A stretch of 64,000 nt of DNA, taken from contig JBEOJY010000033.1 of NCBI GenBank assembly GCA_040275305.1, forward strand, positions 17,955-81,954, in the 5' to 3' direction. The position numbers and the translations under genes were made by a program. Position 1 is the stretch's first letter, and each line of letters starts with the position of its first letter. Below the pieces are notes generated by a model. That model did not search any database and had not been told where the DNA came from. It saw only the letters and a list, made by a program, of their open reading frames with translations. Below are positions 18,354-27,714 of this stretch, in pieces. Source of the DNA: Bdellovibrionales bacterium. Lineage in GTDB: Bacteria; Pseudomonadota; Alphaproteobacteria; UBA9219.

Positions 18354-20279
18354 ATGCTAGTTGCTTTAAGAGAAAGCTGTGCGGGTCTTGGGGCTTCGCT
18401 TGCAAAGATCTTTCACCCTCCTTTCAGGGATCTTTGGCTTGTCGTTCTTCTTTATGTTGTCTGGTGCCATCTTGTTTATCCCCATGCGCCGATCTTGCGG
18501 GGCGAGTTGCCTGATACGGACGATTATACCTATGTTAATCAGGTTCTTGACTGGCTTAAGGGGCAGGGGTGGCACGACAATGTTCAGCATCGCCTGAACC
18601 CACCACAAGGCACGCCGATTCATTTCTCACGCATCGCCCAGCTGCCTATGGCTGGGCTGGTTTCGTTGCTTGAATTTTGTGGTTTTGGCCCGAAAGGGGC
18701 AGCTACGATTATGGCGCTTATCTATCCGGCGTTTCTCTTCGCCGGATTTTGCGCGGCGATGCGGTGGTTGGCACGATGTTTCGTTCCGAACAGATGGTCG
18801 GGGGCAAGCGCTTATATCGCGCTTTTCGCTACGGCGACTTTGTTCATGTTTCAGCCGGGGCATATCGATCACCATGGCCTAAACATTCTTCTTATCACGC
18901 TTTCCCTTGGATGCGCGGCGCGGATGATTCGCGATCCCGCGCGCAGCGTTTGGGGCTTTGGCGCGGGGGCGTTTCTTGCGTTGTCTTTGACGATCGCTTT
19001 GGAGGTATTGCCGTGGCTTTTGCTTATTTCTGGATGGGTTGGTTTGGCTGCGTTAGCGCGAGGCCCGCTGGCTGCGCGGCAAGGACTGGCCTTTGGCGTC
19101 GCTCTTCATTTCGGCAGTCTTGTGGGGCTTTTGCTTACACGCGCGCCTCACGCTCTTGGGACGCTTGATGCTCTTAGCTATTCGATGACCTATGTGTTGT
19201 TGACTGGCGGCATAGCTTTTACGCTTGTTGTGATTGCTCTTGCGTGGACGGTCAAATTTCCGCGCTCTGTCGTGTGGTTAATCGGCGTGGTTGTTCCCGT
19301 GTCGTTTGGAACGCTGTTTCTTCACCGCTTTCCGGAGCTGCTCGTGGGGCCATATGGCGGCATGGATCCAGCTTTGTCGCAGATCATACTTGGCGTTATC
19401 AACGAAGCGCAGCCCCTCAAATCGTCGCAGGCGACATGGCTCGATGTTTCGCGAAATAGTTCCGGAGCGCTTATCGCGCTTGTTGCCTTGGGCGTTTTTT
19501 TGTGGCGCGACAAGGATGCGCAGGCGCGTTGGCGATGGGCGCTTCTTGCGCTCATCTTGGTTGGGGCGATGGGGCTGAGCATTTTTTACCAGAAACGGTA
19601 TATGGCCGCGATGGGCATGGCTTCGATCGTGCCGCTTTTGGCTTTGCTGCAGCGCGGATGGGGGCGTCTTTCGGCGTGGAGGGTTGACGATTCCAGGCAA
19701 GCGAGGACGAAGGTTTTATGCGAGCTTGGATTGCTCTTGCTGGTTGGACCGCTGCCTTCCGTGATTTATCCTGCGGTGTTGGATGGGCGCAAGTTCAATA
19801 CGGACATGCTGCTGTTCCCGGCCATGAAGGGCAGTTATTCAGATCGTTGTGGCATGCACAGGCTGGAGAATGTCTTGCGCGATCCCTTGCTTCTAGGTGG
19901 CGAGCCTAAGCTGATCATGAACACGCTGGGGGACGGTCCGGAGCTTCTGTTCCGAACGCAGCACAAAGTTTTGTCGGCTCCTTATCACATGAATGTAGAA
20001 GGTAATATTGACGCTACACGATTTTTTTCCACACCATATCCGGAAGAGGCGCGCGACATCGCGATGCGGCGCGGGGTGGATATCGTCGTGCTATGCCGAT
20101 ATTTTCCTGAAATGTATATGCGCGTATCGATGGCCAAAGGCCCCGCTGTCGAAGGGAATAATAAGGACTTCGCGGCGCATTTCATTATGTTGCTTGTGAC
20201 AGGAAAACACCCGGACTGGCTAAAGCCTGTGATAGTTCCGGGGCTAAACAACTTCGTGATTTATAAGGTCGTTAAGTAG
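18354..20279 (+). CDS. Large polytopic membrane protein, possibly a GT-C-fold glycosyltransferase
   Basis: The 641-aa protein has more than 10 hydrophobic helices. An acidic PDTDDYTYVNQV motif sits in the first loop, reminiscent of GT-C DxD/DD loops. There is no firm family assignment. Confidence 0.5.
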   Translation: MLVALRESCAGLGASLAKIFHPPFRDLWLVVLLYVVWCHLVYPHAPILRGELPDTDDYTYVNQVLDWLKGQGWHDNVQHRLNPPQGTPIHFSRIAQLPMAGLVSLLEFCGFGPKGAATIMALIYPAFLFAGFCAAMRWLARCFVPNRWSGASAYIALFATATLFMFQPGHIDHHGLNILLITLSLGCAARMIRDPARSVWGFGAGAFLALSLTIALEVLPWLLLISGWVGLAALARGPLAARQGLAFGVALHFGSLVGLLLTRAPHALGTLDALSYSMTYVLLTGGIAFTLVVIALAWTVKFPRSVVWLIGVVVPVSFGTLFLHRFPELLVGPYGGMDPALSQIILGVINEAQPLKSSQATWLDVSRNSSGALIALVALGVFLWRDKDAQARWRWALLALILVGAMGLSIFYQKRYMAAMGMASIVPLLALLQRGWGRLSAWRVDDSRQARTKVLCELGLLLLVGPLPSVIYPAVLDGRKFNTDMLLFPAMKGSYSDRCGMHRLENVLRDPLLLGGEPKLIMNTLGDGPELLFRTQHKVLSAPYHMNVEGNIDATRFFSTPYPEEARDIAMRRGVDIVVLCRYFPEMYMRVSMAKGPAVEGNNKDFAAHFIMLLVTGKHPDWLKPVIVPGLNNFVIYKVVK

Positions 20280-20304
20280 AAAAGGTCGGAGGCGAGGTCG
20301 TGAT

Positions 20305-20499
20305 TGCTGCTAGCAGTCTGCTGAAAAACATTTTTGGAGAAGGTCATGCTGAAAGATAAAGAACATGGGATGCCCGCCTTTATCGCGGGCATGACGCCTG
20401 TTTTTATTGATAAATGTTCCTCAACTCGCGATGTCACACCCGCCGTGTCCCATTTGGTTTTTGTATCTTCCAGATGGGTTTTTCAGCAGACTGCTAGTG
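20305..20499. repeat. Inverted-repeat element (22-bp arms GCTGCTAGCAGTCTGCTGAAAAAC) enclosing a family-B-type hairpin
   Basis: The arms at 20305-20328 and 20477-20499 are reverse complements. The centre contains GGGATGCCCGCCTTTATCGCGGGCATGACGC. Confidence 0.5.
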
Positions 20500-20530
20500 T
20501 GGAAGCATAACCTTTTGGGATTTTAGCGTT

Positions 20531-21781
20531 ATGATTAAGGCCTTGCCGCTTGCGCGTTTAGTGGGTTATCGAGATTTTCTGCTGTATCTCCTTTACCGCT
20601 TTACGGTTAGAACCGCGACTTTGGCGCAGAGCGTTATTATAGGTTGGGATGTCTATGACATCGCGCGGCGCGATCATGATGTGTTTCAGTCCGCATTTTA
20701 CGTCGGGTTGGTCGGGTTGTGCGTTTTCCTGCCGATGATGCTCCTCACTCCGCTCGCGGGGGACACCGCTGATCGTTATAATCGACGAAAGATCATGATC
20801 GTGGGCAACATTGGCGACTGTCTCGTTGCCGGTGGGCTTGTCGCCGTGTCCTTGCTTGACCTGCCGTCCTCTTTCGCGTTGCCTTGCCTTTTAGCCCTCT
20901 CTGGATGCGTTGGCTCAATTCGGGCGTTTACCATGCCTGCTGGCACGGCCCTGATGCCTGCGCTTGTTCCCAAGAACATACTTCCTCGCGCCGTCGCGTG
21001 GAGTTTGTTGGCGGGACAGACTGGCATGGTGCTGGGGCCGTGGCTTGGCGGTATTCTGACGAGCTTGTCCGTTACGTTGGCTTATGGGGCGGTATGCGGG
21101 CTTTATCTTTTGGCGACGACGATCCTGTTCATGCTTCGGGTCGATTTGTCGCAGGTGGAGCCTTCCAAGGGGAGCCGCTTGCGCATGATCGTCGAAGGAC
21201 TGTCCTACGTATGGTCTAACAAGCTCGTTTTTGGGGCTATTTCTCTTGATATGTTCGCCGTGCTGCTTGGAGGGGTTACGGCCCTTCTGCCGGTATTCGC
21301 CAGAGATATTTTGCATCTTGACGCCGCAGGGTTTGGCCTGTTGCGGAGCGGGGCGGCGATTGGGGCCGGGCTGGTTACGCTGGCTTTGTCGATTCGCCCC
21401 ATTCAGCGTTACGCCGGAGCGTGGATGTTGAGCGCGGTAGCTGTCTACGGGGTGGCGACCATACTCTTCGCTCTGTCGCGCGACATGTGGTTCAGCTTTG
21501 CGATGCTGACGATACTTGGGGCTGCCGATTCCGTTTCCGTTTTTGTCAGGCAAAGCCTTGTCCAGATCATGACGCCTGATGCCATGCGGGGGCGCGTCGC
21601 TTCTGTTTCCGGGCTTTTTATCAATGCTTCTAATGAGTTGGGGGAATTTGAGAGCGGCATGGTTGCCCGAATTTTGGGGCCGGTTGGCTCGGCATTGTTT
21701 GGGGGGATTGGGGCGCTTGTGATCGTCGTCCTCTGGGCAGGATTGTTCCCCAAGATGCGTCGCGCAGACAGAATTCAGTGA
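20531..21781 (+). CDS. MFS transporter (EntS/MFS_3-like)
   Basis: The 416-aa protein has 12 predicted helices and an arginine-containing loop after TM2. Confidence 0.75.
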   Translation: MIKALPLARLVGYRDFLLYLLYRFTVRTATLAQSVIIGWDVYDIARRDHDVFQSAFYVGLVGLCVFLPMMLLTPLAGDTADRYNRRKIMIVGNIGDCLVAGGLVAVSLLDLPSSFALPCLLALSGCVGSIRAFTMPAGTALMPALVPKNILPRAVAWSLLAGQTGMVLGPWLGGILTSLSVTLAYGAVCGLYLLATTILFMLRVDLSQVEPSKGSRLRMIVEGLSYVWSNKLVFGAISLDMFAVLLGGVTALLPVFARDILHLDAAGFGLLRSGAAIGAGLVTLALSIRPIQRYAGAWMLSAVAVYGVATILFALSRDMWFSFAMLTILGAADSVSVFVRQSLVQIMTPDAMRGRVASVSGLFINASNELGEFESGMVARILGPVGSALFGGIGALVIVVLWAGLFPKMRRADRIQ

Positions 21782-21849
21782 TTTTATCCCCGTAAACATG
21801 AGGTTTCTTCGGCCTGATTTTTCCTTTCTCCGTCGCGTTTCGGCAACGC

Positions 21850-22340
21850 GCGGAAGCGCGGGCGTAAAAAAGTTGCCCGCAAATGAAAATTTTTATTGAA
21901 TGTTAAAAAATGAAATGTAAATTGGTCCTTACGGAAGCGCACGTACCACTGGCCCAAGGACGCAAAGGAATACCACCTTTTCCGTTCCCCAATGGTTTAT
22001 GTAACGACGCTTTGCCGCCTTTGACCCTCGCGAAAGCGGGATCAGGGGAACGTGGTATGCAGCAAAGAGTCCTTCTGGAGCAGGCCTGAGAAGAGAGAGA
22101 TATTCAGGCGCGCGAAAGAGGTTGGCCTTCGTTGTGAGGCAAAGACGTAAGGGCTGGGGGCTTCGCTTGTTTGAGCGGCGCTTAATCCCACCTAAAATTA
22201 ATGATCTTGCTGTGTTAGGCAGCGAGGTCGCGTCTGCGCTCAGGCATTGGCCAAAAATACTTTTTGCTGCTCTGTGCATCTTGCGTGGTGAAGCCCTTTT
22301 TATGGACATGGGCCGCCGCGATTTTGGATGAGGAGCAAAG
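21850..22340 (+). promoter_or_regulatory. Long structured 5' leader of the ornithine decarboxylase gene, a candidate alphaproteobacterial speF RNA element
   Basis: A 560-bp non-coding gap lies upstream of the ODC gene, with GC-rich stem-forming segments such as CGCGCGGAAGCGCGGGCG and GACCCTCGCGAAAGCGGGATCAGGGG. A published speF cis-RNA motif is known upstream of ODC genes in Alphaproteobacteria. Confidence 0.4.
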
Positions 22341-22345
22341 GGCCA

Positions 22346-23671
22346 ATGGACTACAGAATCATGACGTCTCTTGTCAGGGGCGTGGAACCGACAACTCAAG
22401 ATCGGGTTATGCCAGCGTCGGTGCGCGATAGCGTTGCCGGAGGGCTCCTGCGTTTTGCGACCGTCGAGGATATGGTTAAAACGTTGCGTCCCGATCAGCC
22501 GGTGCATTGCCTGCATCCGGAAGAGCTTGCGCGGAATGCTGACACCTTCCTTCAGCATTTTCAGGGCACGACCCTGTTCGCGGTCAAGTCAAATCCTGAC
22601 CCCTATATTTTGCGCTTGGTCTATTCGCGTGGCGTTCGCCACTTCGATACGGCTTCGCTCGCCGAGATCAAGCTCGCGCGCGGCTTGTTCGCCGACGCGC
22701 ATTTGGCTTTTATGCACCCGATCAAGAGCCGGGAAGCTATTCGCGCGGCCTATTTTGAATATGGCGTGCGCGATTTCGCGGTCGATTGCTTTGAGGAGCT
22801 GCACAAGATCCTTGAGGAGACGAACGCTGCGGTCGATCTCGGAATCCATGTGCGTTTGACCCTTCCCAAGGGAAGCGCCAAGCTCGACCTTTCCACGAAA
22901 TTCGGAGCTACGCCCGACGTGGCCGCTTCCTTGCTGCAAAGCGCGGACAAGGTCGCGCATCGCGTGGGGTTGTGCTTCCATGTCGGTTCGCAATCGATGG
23001 ATCCGCAATCTTACGTCGAGGCTATAGCGGTTGCGGGACACGTGGTTCGCAACTCCGGCGTGGCGCTTGACGTCTTTGATGTAGGCGGCGGATTTCCGGC
23101 CAGCTATCCGGGGATGGAGACTGTTCCTTTGACGGATTACTTTGTCGTGATCCGTGAGGCTGTGAAGGGGCTTGGTTTGCCAGCGGCGTGTCAGGTTTGG
23201 TGCGAGCCGGGCCGGGCCATGGTCGCTTCGGGCGGCACGTTGGTCGCGCGGGTTGAGCTGCGCAAGGGCGATGCCTTGTATCTTAACGACGGCACTTATG
23301 GCAGCCTGTTCGATGCTGGGTGGCTCAAATGGACCTATCCGGTTCGTATGATCCGTCCGGGGCTTCGCGCGCGCAAGTCCGGCATGGCGTTGCTGCCCTA
23401 CAGATTCTATGGGCCGACCTGCGACTCGCTGGATGCCATGCCGGGACCGTTCATGTTGCCTTCCGATATTTGCGAGGGCGACTGGATCGCGATTGGGCAG
23501 ATGGGGGCTTATGGCGCTTCCATACAAAGCCACTTTAACGGGTTTTACTCGGATCAGCAGGCGTTGATCGGCGTGGATCCGCTTAACCTTTCGGTTATGA
23601 ACAGGCGTCGCAGGGTGCGCATGAGCACTTCGGCCTCGGACTCTACGGCGAGCGAGACAAGAGAGCAGTAA
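22346..23671 (+). CDS. Ornithine decarboxylase (fold-III PLP-dependent Orn/DAP/Arg decarboxylase family)
   Basis: Has the FAVKSNPDPYILRLV... PLP-binding lysine region, GFHVGSQ as CFHVGSQ, and the C-terminal GAYGASIQSHFNGF. Start at MDYRIM, with a GAGGAG Shine-Dalgarno upstream. Confidence 0.8.
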   Translation: MDYRIMTSLVRGVEPTTQDRVMPASVRDSVAGGLLRFATVEDMVKTLRPDQPVHCLHPEELARNADTFLQHFQGTTLFAVKSNPDPYILRLVYSRGVRHFDTASLAEIKLARGLFADAHLAFMHPIKSREAIRAAYFEYGVRDFAVDCFEELHKILEETNAAVDLGIHVRLTLPKGSAKLDLSTKFGATPDVAASLLQSADKVAHRVGLCFHVGSQSMDPQSYVEAIAVAGHVVRNSGVALDVFDVGGGFPASYPGMETVPLTDYFVVIREAVKGLGLPAACQVWCEPGRAMVASGGTLVARVELRKGDALYLNDGTYGSLFDAGWLKWTYPVRMIRPGLRARKSGMALLPYRFYGPTCDSLDAMPGPFMLPSDICEGDWIAIGQMGAYGASIQSHFNGFYSDQQALIGVDPLNLSVMNRRRRVRMSTSASDSTASETREQ

Positions 23672-23683
23672 TTTAGTCTGGGG

Positions 23684-24862
23684 CTATCCGCCAATTCTTC
23701 CCGCGAAGTCCTCGTAGCCGAAGCGCTTGAGGACTTCGTAATTTCCATCACTGTGTAAGATTCCAATATCGGGCAGGGGCAGGCCGTTGAAGGTGGTGCT
23801 TTGCACCATGGTGTACTGCATCATGTCGAGGAAGACGAGGCGGTCGCCGATGCTTAAGGGTTTGTCGAACGAGTATTCTCCGATGATGTCGCCCGTCATG
23901 CAGGTTTTTCCAGCCAGAATGTAGGTGCAGGCTTTTTCTCCCGGTTGCCCGGAATCCGCCACAGGCGGGCGGTAGGGCATGGTGATGACATCCGGCATAT
24001 GGGCCGTGGCGGAGGTGTCGAGGATGAGCGTGGTCTTGTCGTTGACGAGAATGTCCAGCACCGAGGCGACGAGGTAGCCCGCGTTGCGGACGAGGCCGCC
24101 GCCGGGTTCCAAAATGATTTCCAGATGAGGGAAGGTTTGGCGGAAGGCGATCAGGCGCTGGACGAGCTTGTCCACGTCATAGCCTGTTTCGTTGATGAAG
24201 TGGCCGCCGCCGAGGTTGACCCATTTCATGTGAGGCAGGCGCAACCATGCGCCGAAGTTGCGCTCCACGGCGTCGATCAGCGCGACCGAGGCTTCGGCCA
24301 TGTTCTCGCACAGGATATGGAAATGAAGCCCTTCGATCAGGTTCAGGGATTCTTCGTCGATGGATTTGCGCGTGCTCCCCATGCGCGAGCAGGGGCCGCA
24401 GGGGTTATATTTCGCGTAGCCTTGCCCGGTGAGCTGGAGTTCGGGGTTCACGCGCAAGCCAAGAGAGACTTTAGGGTTTTTGGCCTTCAGCGTTGGCGCG
24501 TAGCGTTTGAGCTGGGCGGACGAGTTGAAAGTGACGTGGTGGGCGATAGGGGCTATGCCTTCGATTTCTGTGTCGTCAAAGGCTGGCGAATAGACATGGA
24601 CTTCCTTGCCGAACGCTTCGTGGCCGAGGCGGGCTTCAAAGAGGCCGCTCGCGGTCGTGCCGTCGAGGCTGTCGCGCATGAGCGGGAAGGCCTGCGGCAT
24701 GGCGAAGGCTTTGGTGGCGAGGATGAGCTTCACGCCTGCTTGTTCCCTGATTTTCCGCGCCGTCGCCATGTTGCGCAGCAGAGCGGCCTCGTCGAGCGCG
24801 TAGGCGGGGGTGGAAATTTCCGGCAACTCGCGCAAGCGTGAGATGTTGTCGTTCCTATTCAT
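23684..24862 (-). CDS. nspC: Carboxynorspermidine/carboxyspermidine decarboxylase
   Basis: A 392-aa fold-III decarboxylase. LILATKAFAMPQAFPLMRDSLDGTTASGLFEARLG is typical of CANSDC. Confidence 0.8.
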   Translation of the reverse strand: MNRNDNISRLRELPEISTPAYALDEAALLRNMATARKIREQAGVKLILATKAFAMPQAFPLMRDSLDGTTASGLFEARLGHEAFGKEVHVYSPAFDDTEIEGIAPIAHHVTFNSSAQLKRYAPTLKAKNPKVSLGLRVNPELQLTGQGYAKYNPCGPCSRMGSTRKSIDEESLNLIEGLHFHILCENMAEASVALIDAVERNFGAWLRLPHMKWVNLGGGHFINETGYDVDKLVQRLIAFRQTFPHLEIILEPGGGLVRNAGYLVASVLDILVNDKTTLILDTSATAHMPDVITMPYRPPVADSGQPGEKACTYILAGKTCMTGDIIGEYSFDKPLSIGDRLVFLDMMQYTMVQSTTFNGLPLPDIGILHSDGNYEVLKRFGYEDFAGRIGG

Positions 24863-24936
24863 TCATACGCTCCTAACCGCAAAAATTGTTGTAACTTCTA
24901 AGCCCGTTTCGAAAATCAGGAGGACTTTTTTTAGTA

Positions 24937-24988
24937 AGGACGGCTTGATTCCCTCCCCCTTGCGGGGAGGGAATCAAGCCGTCCTTAT
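24937..24988. repeat. Perfect 24-bp-stem hairpin, family E: GGACGGCTTGATTCCCTCCCCCTTGCGGGGAGGGAATCAAGCCGTCC
   Basis: The inverted repeat is read directly from the sequence. The same CCCTCCCCGCAAGGGGAGGGAATC motif forms the 160-bp palindrome at 63469-63632. Confidence 0.55.
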
Positions 24989-25214
24989 CGCAAAAAATCT
25001 CTCCAACCTTGGGAGTTATAAATGGTCTTGATATCGGACACACGCGAAGCAATTTAAAGTCCGAGGCTTTGTCTTGATCGTCGAAAAAACAAGCAGGCCA
25101 CTTTATGGGTATAAGCCTCTGGCATCAATAGCCGTCATTATCGTAAGGCGAACTTGCTGTTTTCAACAACAAATGACCAAACATTAACAGAAATATCCCA
25201 AAATATGTGTTGAC

Positions 25215-25440
25215 GCAATAATCCCATTTATGATAAATGTATCCCACTTCTTGAGATTGAAAAATCCTAAGGAGTGTCGGCAAGGCCGACGGTCCCATGG
25301 TCCGCGCGGTAAGTGGGGGAAAACCGGAAAGCCTTAAAGGCGGGTAGGCCACCCTAAGCGGGGGCCGGGGCAGACAGGGAACCGGACCGTGATGGCGGAG
25401 AGCTCTCCAGATTAAAGGACAAAAGGCAGAGATTAGATGG
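25215..25440 (+). ncRNA. Candidate small structured RNA with its own sigma70-like promoter (unclassified)
   Basis: TTGACG, a 17-nt spacer and ATAAAT lie at 25213-25241. A roughly 170-nt GC-rich segment follows in AT-rich context, with long-range complementary runs such as GGAGAGCTCTCC and AGGCCGACGG/CCGACGGTCC. No ORF longer than 20 codons is present. Confidence 0.3.
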
Positions 25441-25548
25441 TGGACGGGAGCATAAATGAGTAGGAGAAGATTAAGAATGAAATAATCGTAACTCCCAAGC
25501 AGAACATTGAATGGACGAGGGTCAATGCTGAAGGAAGGGGCGTCATCG

Positions 25549-25665
25549 CGAGGAGCCTTCTTCAGGCGACGTGGCGATCCAGAATCGCAAAAACAGCCCT
25601 TGACGACTCTGGATTGCGCATCGTTTCCCGCTTTTAGCGGAAAACTCCTCGCAATGACAGCCCTT
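25549..25665. repeat. MITE-like element, family A, copy 2
   Basis: GAAGGAAGGGGCGTCATCGCGAGGAG...CTCCTCGCAATGACAGCCCTTCCTTC. Confidence 0.65.
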
Positions 25666-25721
25666 CCTTCACAATCTTTCTTCATCTCGTTATGCCTTGG
25701 CTTGGCAGTTACAAAAAATCT

Positions 25722-26258
25722 TTATTTGATCTCGATGGGTGTGCCATCGGGTACAAGTGACCAGATTTCTTCGATTTCCTTGTTTGTGACGGCGATGCAG
25801 CCTGCTGTCCAGTCATTGCGGCGATGCAGTGCGCCTAACCAGCCGAAGCCGTTGCGGAGGCCATGGATCATAATATCGCTGCCAGGATTGTATCCCGCTT
25901 GCGCGGCGCGTTTCTTGTCTTCGTCATTGGGGTAGCTGATGCGCAGGGCGAGATGAAAGGCGCTGCGGGGATTGCGCGAGACGATGGTGTAGTTGCCTTC
26001 AGGGGTCTTGTTGTCGCCTTCTTTTGTTTTAGGCTCAAGTCCGCCTTTGCCAAGGGCTATGGCATAGCTGCGGATGATGGTTTTTCCGTTATAGAGTTGC
26101 ATTTCGCGCCGCGCTTTGCGCACGACAATGTGGGTAATCCTGATCTGGCCTTCTTGAGGCTTCGCCATGGGAGTCGCATACCATTTATCGTAGCTGTATA
26201 GCAAAGTCGCGCCTGCGATGAGCAGGGCGACCATGCCGTATAGAAACATGCGCTGCAA
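25722..26258 (-). CDS. L,D-transpeptidase (YkuD domain)
   Basis: Has the catalytic motif IMIHG...NDWTAGCIAV and an N-terminal signal/anchor. Confidence 0.8.
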   Translation of the reverse strand: MQRMFLYGMVALLIAGATLLYSYDKWYATPMAKPQEGQIRITHIVVRKARREMQLYNGKTIIRSYAIALGKGGLEPKTKEGDNKTPEGNYTIVSRNPRSAFHLALRISYPNDEDKKRAAQAGYNPGSDIMIHGLRNGFGWLGALHRRNDWTAGCIAVTNKEIEEIWSLVPDGTPIEIK

Positions 26259-26270
26259 GACAATGTAACT

Positions 26271-27482
26271 TTATGCCGCGAGCGGGTCGGTGGCTTTGCT
26301 GTCTACGGCGAGGTCTTCGACGTGCCAAGGCAGGCCTTGTTTGGCGAGTTCGGCCAAGAACGGATCGGGGTCGAATTCCTCGACGTTCTTGACTCCTACG
26401 CCGCTCCATTTCTTTTGCAGCATCATGATCGCGCCCGTCACCGCCGGGACTCCGGTGGTGTAGGAGACGGCCTGCACGCCGATTTCTTTGTTGCATTCGG
26501 CATGGTCGCAGATGTTGTAGATGATGATCTTTCTGGGCTTACCGTCTTTAACGCCTTGGATGACGCAGCCGATGGAGGTCTTGCCCGTGTAGTTCACGGC
26601 GAGCGACGAGGGTTCCGGCAGCAGGGCTTTGAGGAACTGGAGCGGGATGATCTCCATGCCGTTATACATCACGGGGTCGATGCGGGTCATGCCCACGCCT
26701 TGCAACACGTCGAGATGCTTGATGTAGTTGTCCGAGAAGGTCATCCAGAAGCGGATTTGCTTGAGGCCCTTGATGTTCTGGGCGAGCGATTCCAGTTCTT
26801 CATGATAGATCAGGTAGGATTTCTTCGGGCCAACGCCGGGGTAGTCGATCATGCGCGAGATAGAAAGCGGGTCGATTTCGATCCATTTGCCGTCTTTCCA
26901 ATATTTGCCGCGCTGGGTGACTTCGCGGATGTTGATTTCCGGGTTGAAGTTGGTGGCGAAGCCTTTGCCGTGGTCGCCTGCGTTACAATCGATGATGTCG
27001 ATGGTGTCGATCTGGTCGAACAGGCGCTTTTGGGCATAAGCGCAGAAAACGCCCGACACGCCGGGGTCGAAGCCGCAGCCAAGGACGGCCAGAATGCCCT
27101 TTTCTTCGTAGCGCTTGCGGTAGTCCCATTGCCATTTGTAGCAAAATTTGGCTTCGTCCTTGGGTTCGTAGTTGGCGGTATCGAGGTAGGGCGTGCCGGT
27201 GGCGAGGCAAGCGTCCATGATCGGCAAATCCTGATAGGGAAGAGCCATATTGATGACGAGGTCGGGCTTAACCTTATTGATCAGGGTTGCGACCGCGCCT
27301 GCGTCGTCGGCGTCGATCTGGGAGACGGACAAGGCTTCGCCCGTTTCCTGTCTCAGCTTTTCGCATTTAGACAAGGTCCGGCTGGCCAGATGGATATTAG
27401 TGAAGATATCGCGGCTTTTTGCGCATTTCTTTGCGACCACACTGCCTGCGGCTCCTGCGCCTATGATCAAAACATTACCCAT
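26271..27482 (-). CDS. Carboxynorspermidine/carboxyspermidine dehydrogenase (saccharopine dehydrogenase family)
   Basis: MGNVLIIGAGAAGSVVAKKCA is a Rossmann fold. ...VLGCGFDPGVSGVFCAYAQ is typical of CASDH. It lies in the same orientation as the nspC-linked cluster. Confidence 0.8.
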   Translation of the reverse strand: MGNVLIIGAGAAGSVVAKKCAKSRDIFTNIHLASRTLSKCEKLRQETGEALSVSQIDADDAGAVATLINKVKPDLVINMALPYQDLPIMDACLATGTPYLDTANYEPKDEAKFCYKWQWDYRKRYEEKGILAVLGCGFDPGVSGVFCAYAQKRLFDQIDTIDIIDCNAGDHGKGFATNFNPEINIREVTQRGKYWKDGKWIEIDPLSISRMIDYPGVGPKKSYLIYHEELESLAQNIKGLKQIRFWMTFSDNYIKHLDVLQGVGMTRIDPVMYNGMEIIPLQFLKALLPEPSSLAVNYTGKTSIGCVIQGVKDGKPRKIIIYNICDHAECNKEIGVQAVSYTTGVPAVTGAIMMLQKKWSGVGVKNVEEFDPDPFLAELAKQGLPWHVEDLAVDSKATDPLAA

Positions 27483-27714
27483 GCCCGGTTACTCCCTTTC
27501 GCCCGTCACTTGCTTGCAGGGCGATGTCAAAGGTGAAGCCAAGACGCCTTGCGAGTTTGCAAACGCCGTTTCTGCGCTTCACTTAAGTATAAAGCGCAGG
27601 AAATTCAATATTTTTCTTGCTTTGGAGCCAAGTTTTTTGCGAACTAGCCAATTCTTGGGTTTGGTATAGTCGAATCGTCGCCAGTTTTTTGCGCTAGGGT
27701 TTGGTGAGGCACTT

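Noticed and set aside
20915-21799. Minus-strand 294-aa ORF
   Set aside because: It is antisense to the MFS transporter gene, and its basic, low-complexity composition is typical of high-GC antisense frames.
21929-22558. Minus-strand 209-aa ORF in the ODC upstream region
   Set aside because: It is a basic, low-complexity translation of a GC-rich leader. It has no ribosome-binding site and it overlaps the ODC start. It is more plausibly non-coding speF-leader RNA.
25260-25440. Possible SRP RNA, RNase P RNA or cobalamin riboswitch
   Set aside because: I checked for the SRP helix-8 motif (GGAAGGAAGCAGCC), the RNase P P4 strands (GAGGAAAGUCCGGGCUCC / ACAGAAACCCGGCUUA) and the B12 box (GCCACTG). 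None is present, so it is kept only as an unclassified candidate RNA.
25125-25685. Minus-strand 186-aa ORF
   Set aside because: It runs across a MITE and the GC-rich candidate ncRNA. Its composition is driven by the repeats, and no homology is recognisable.
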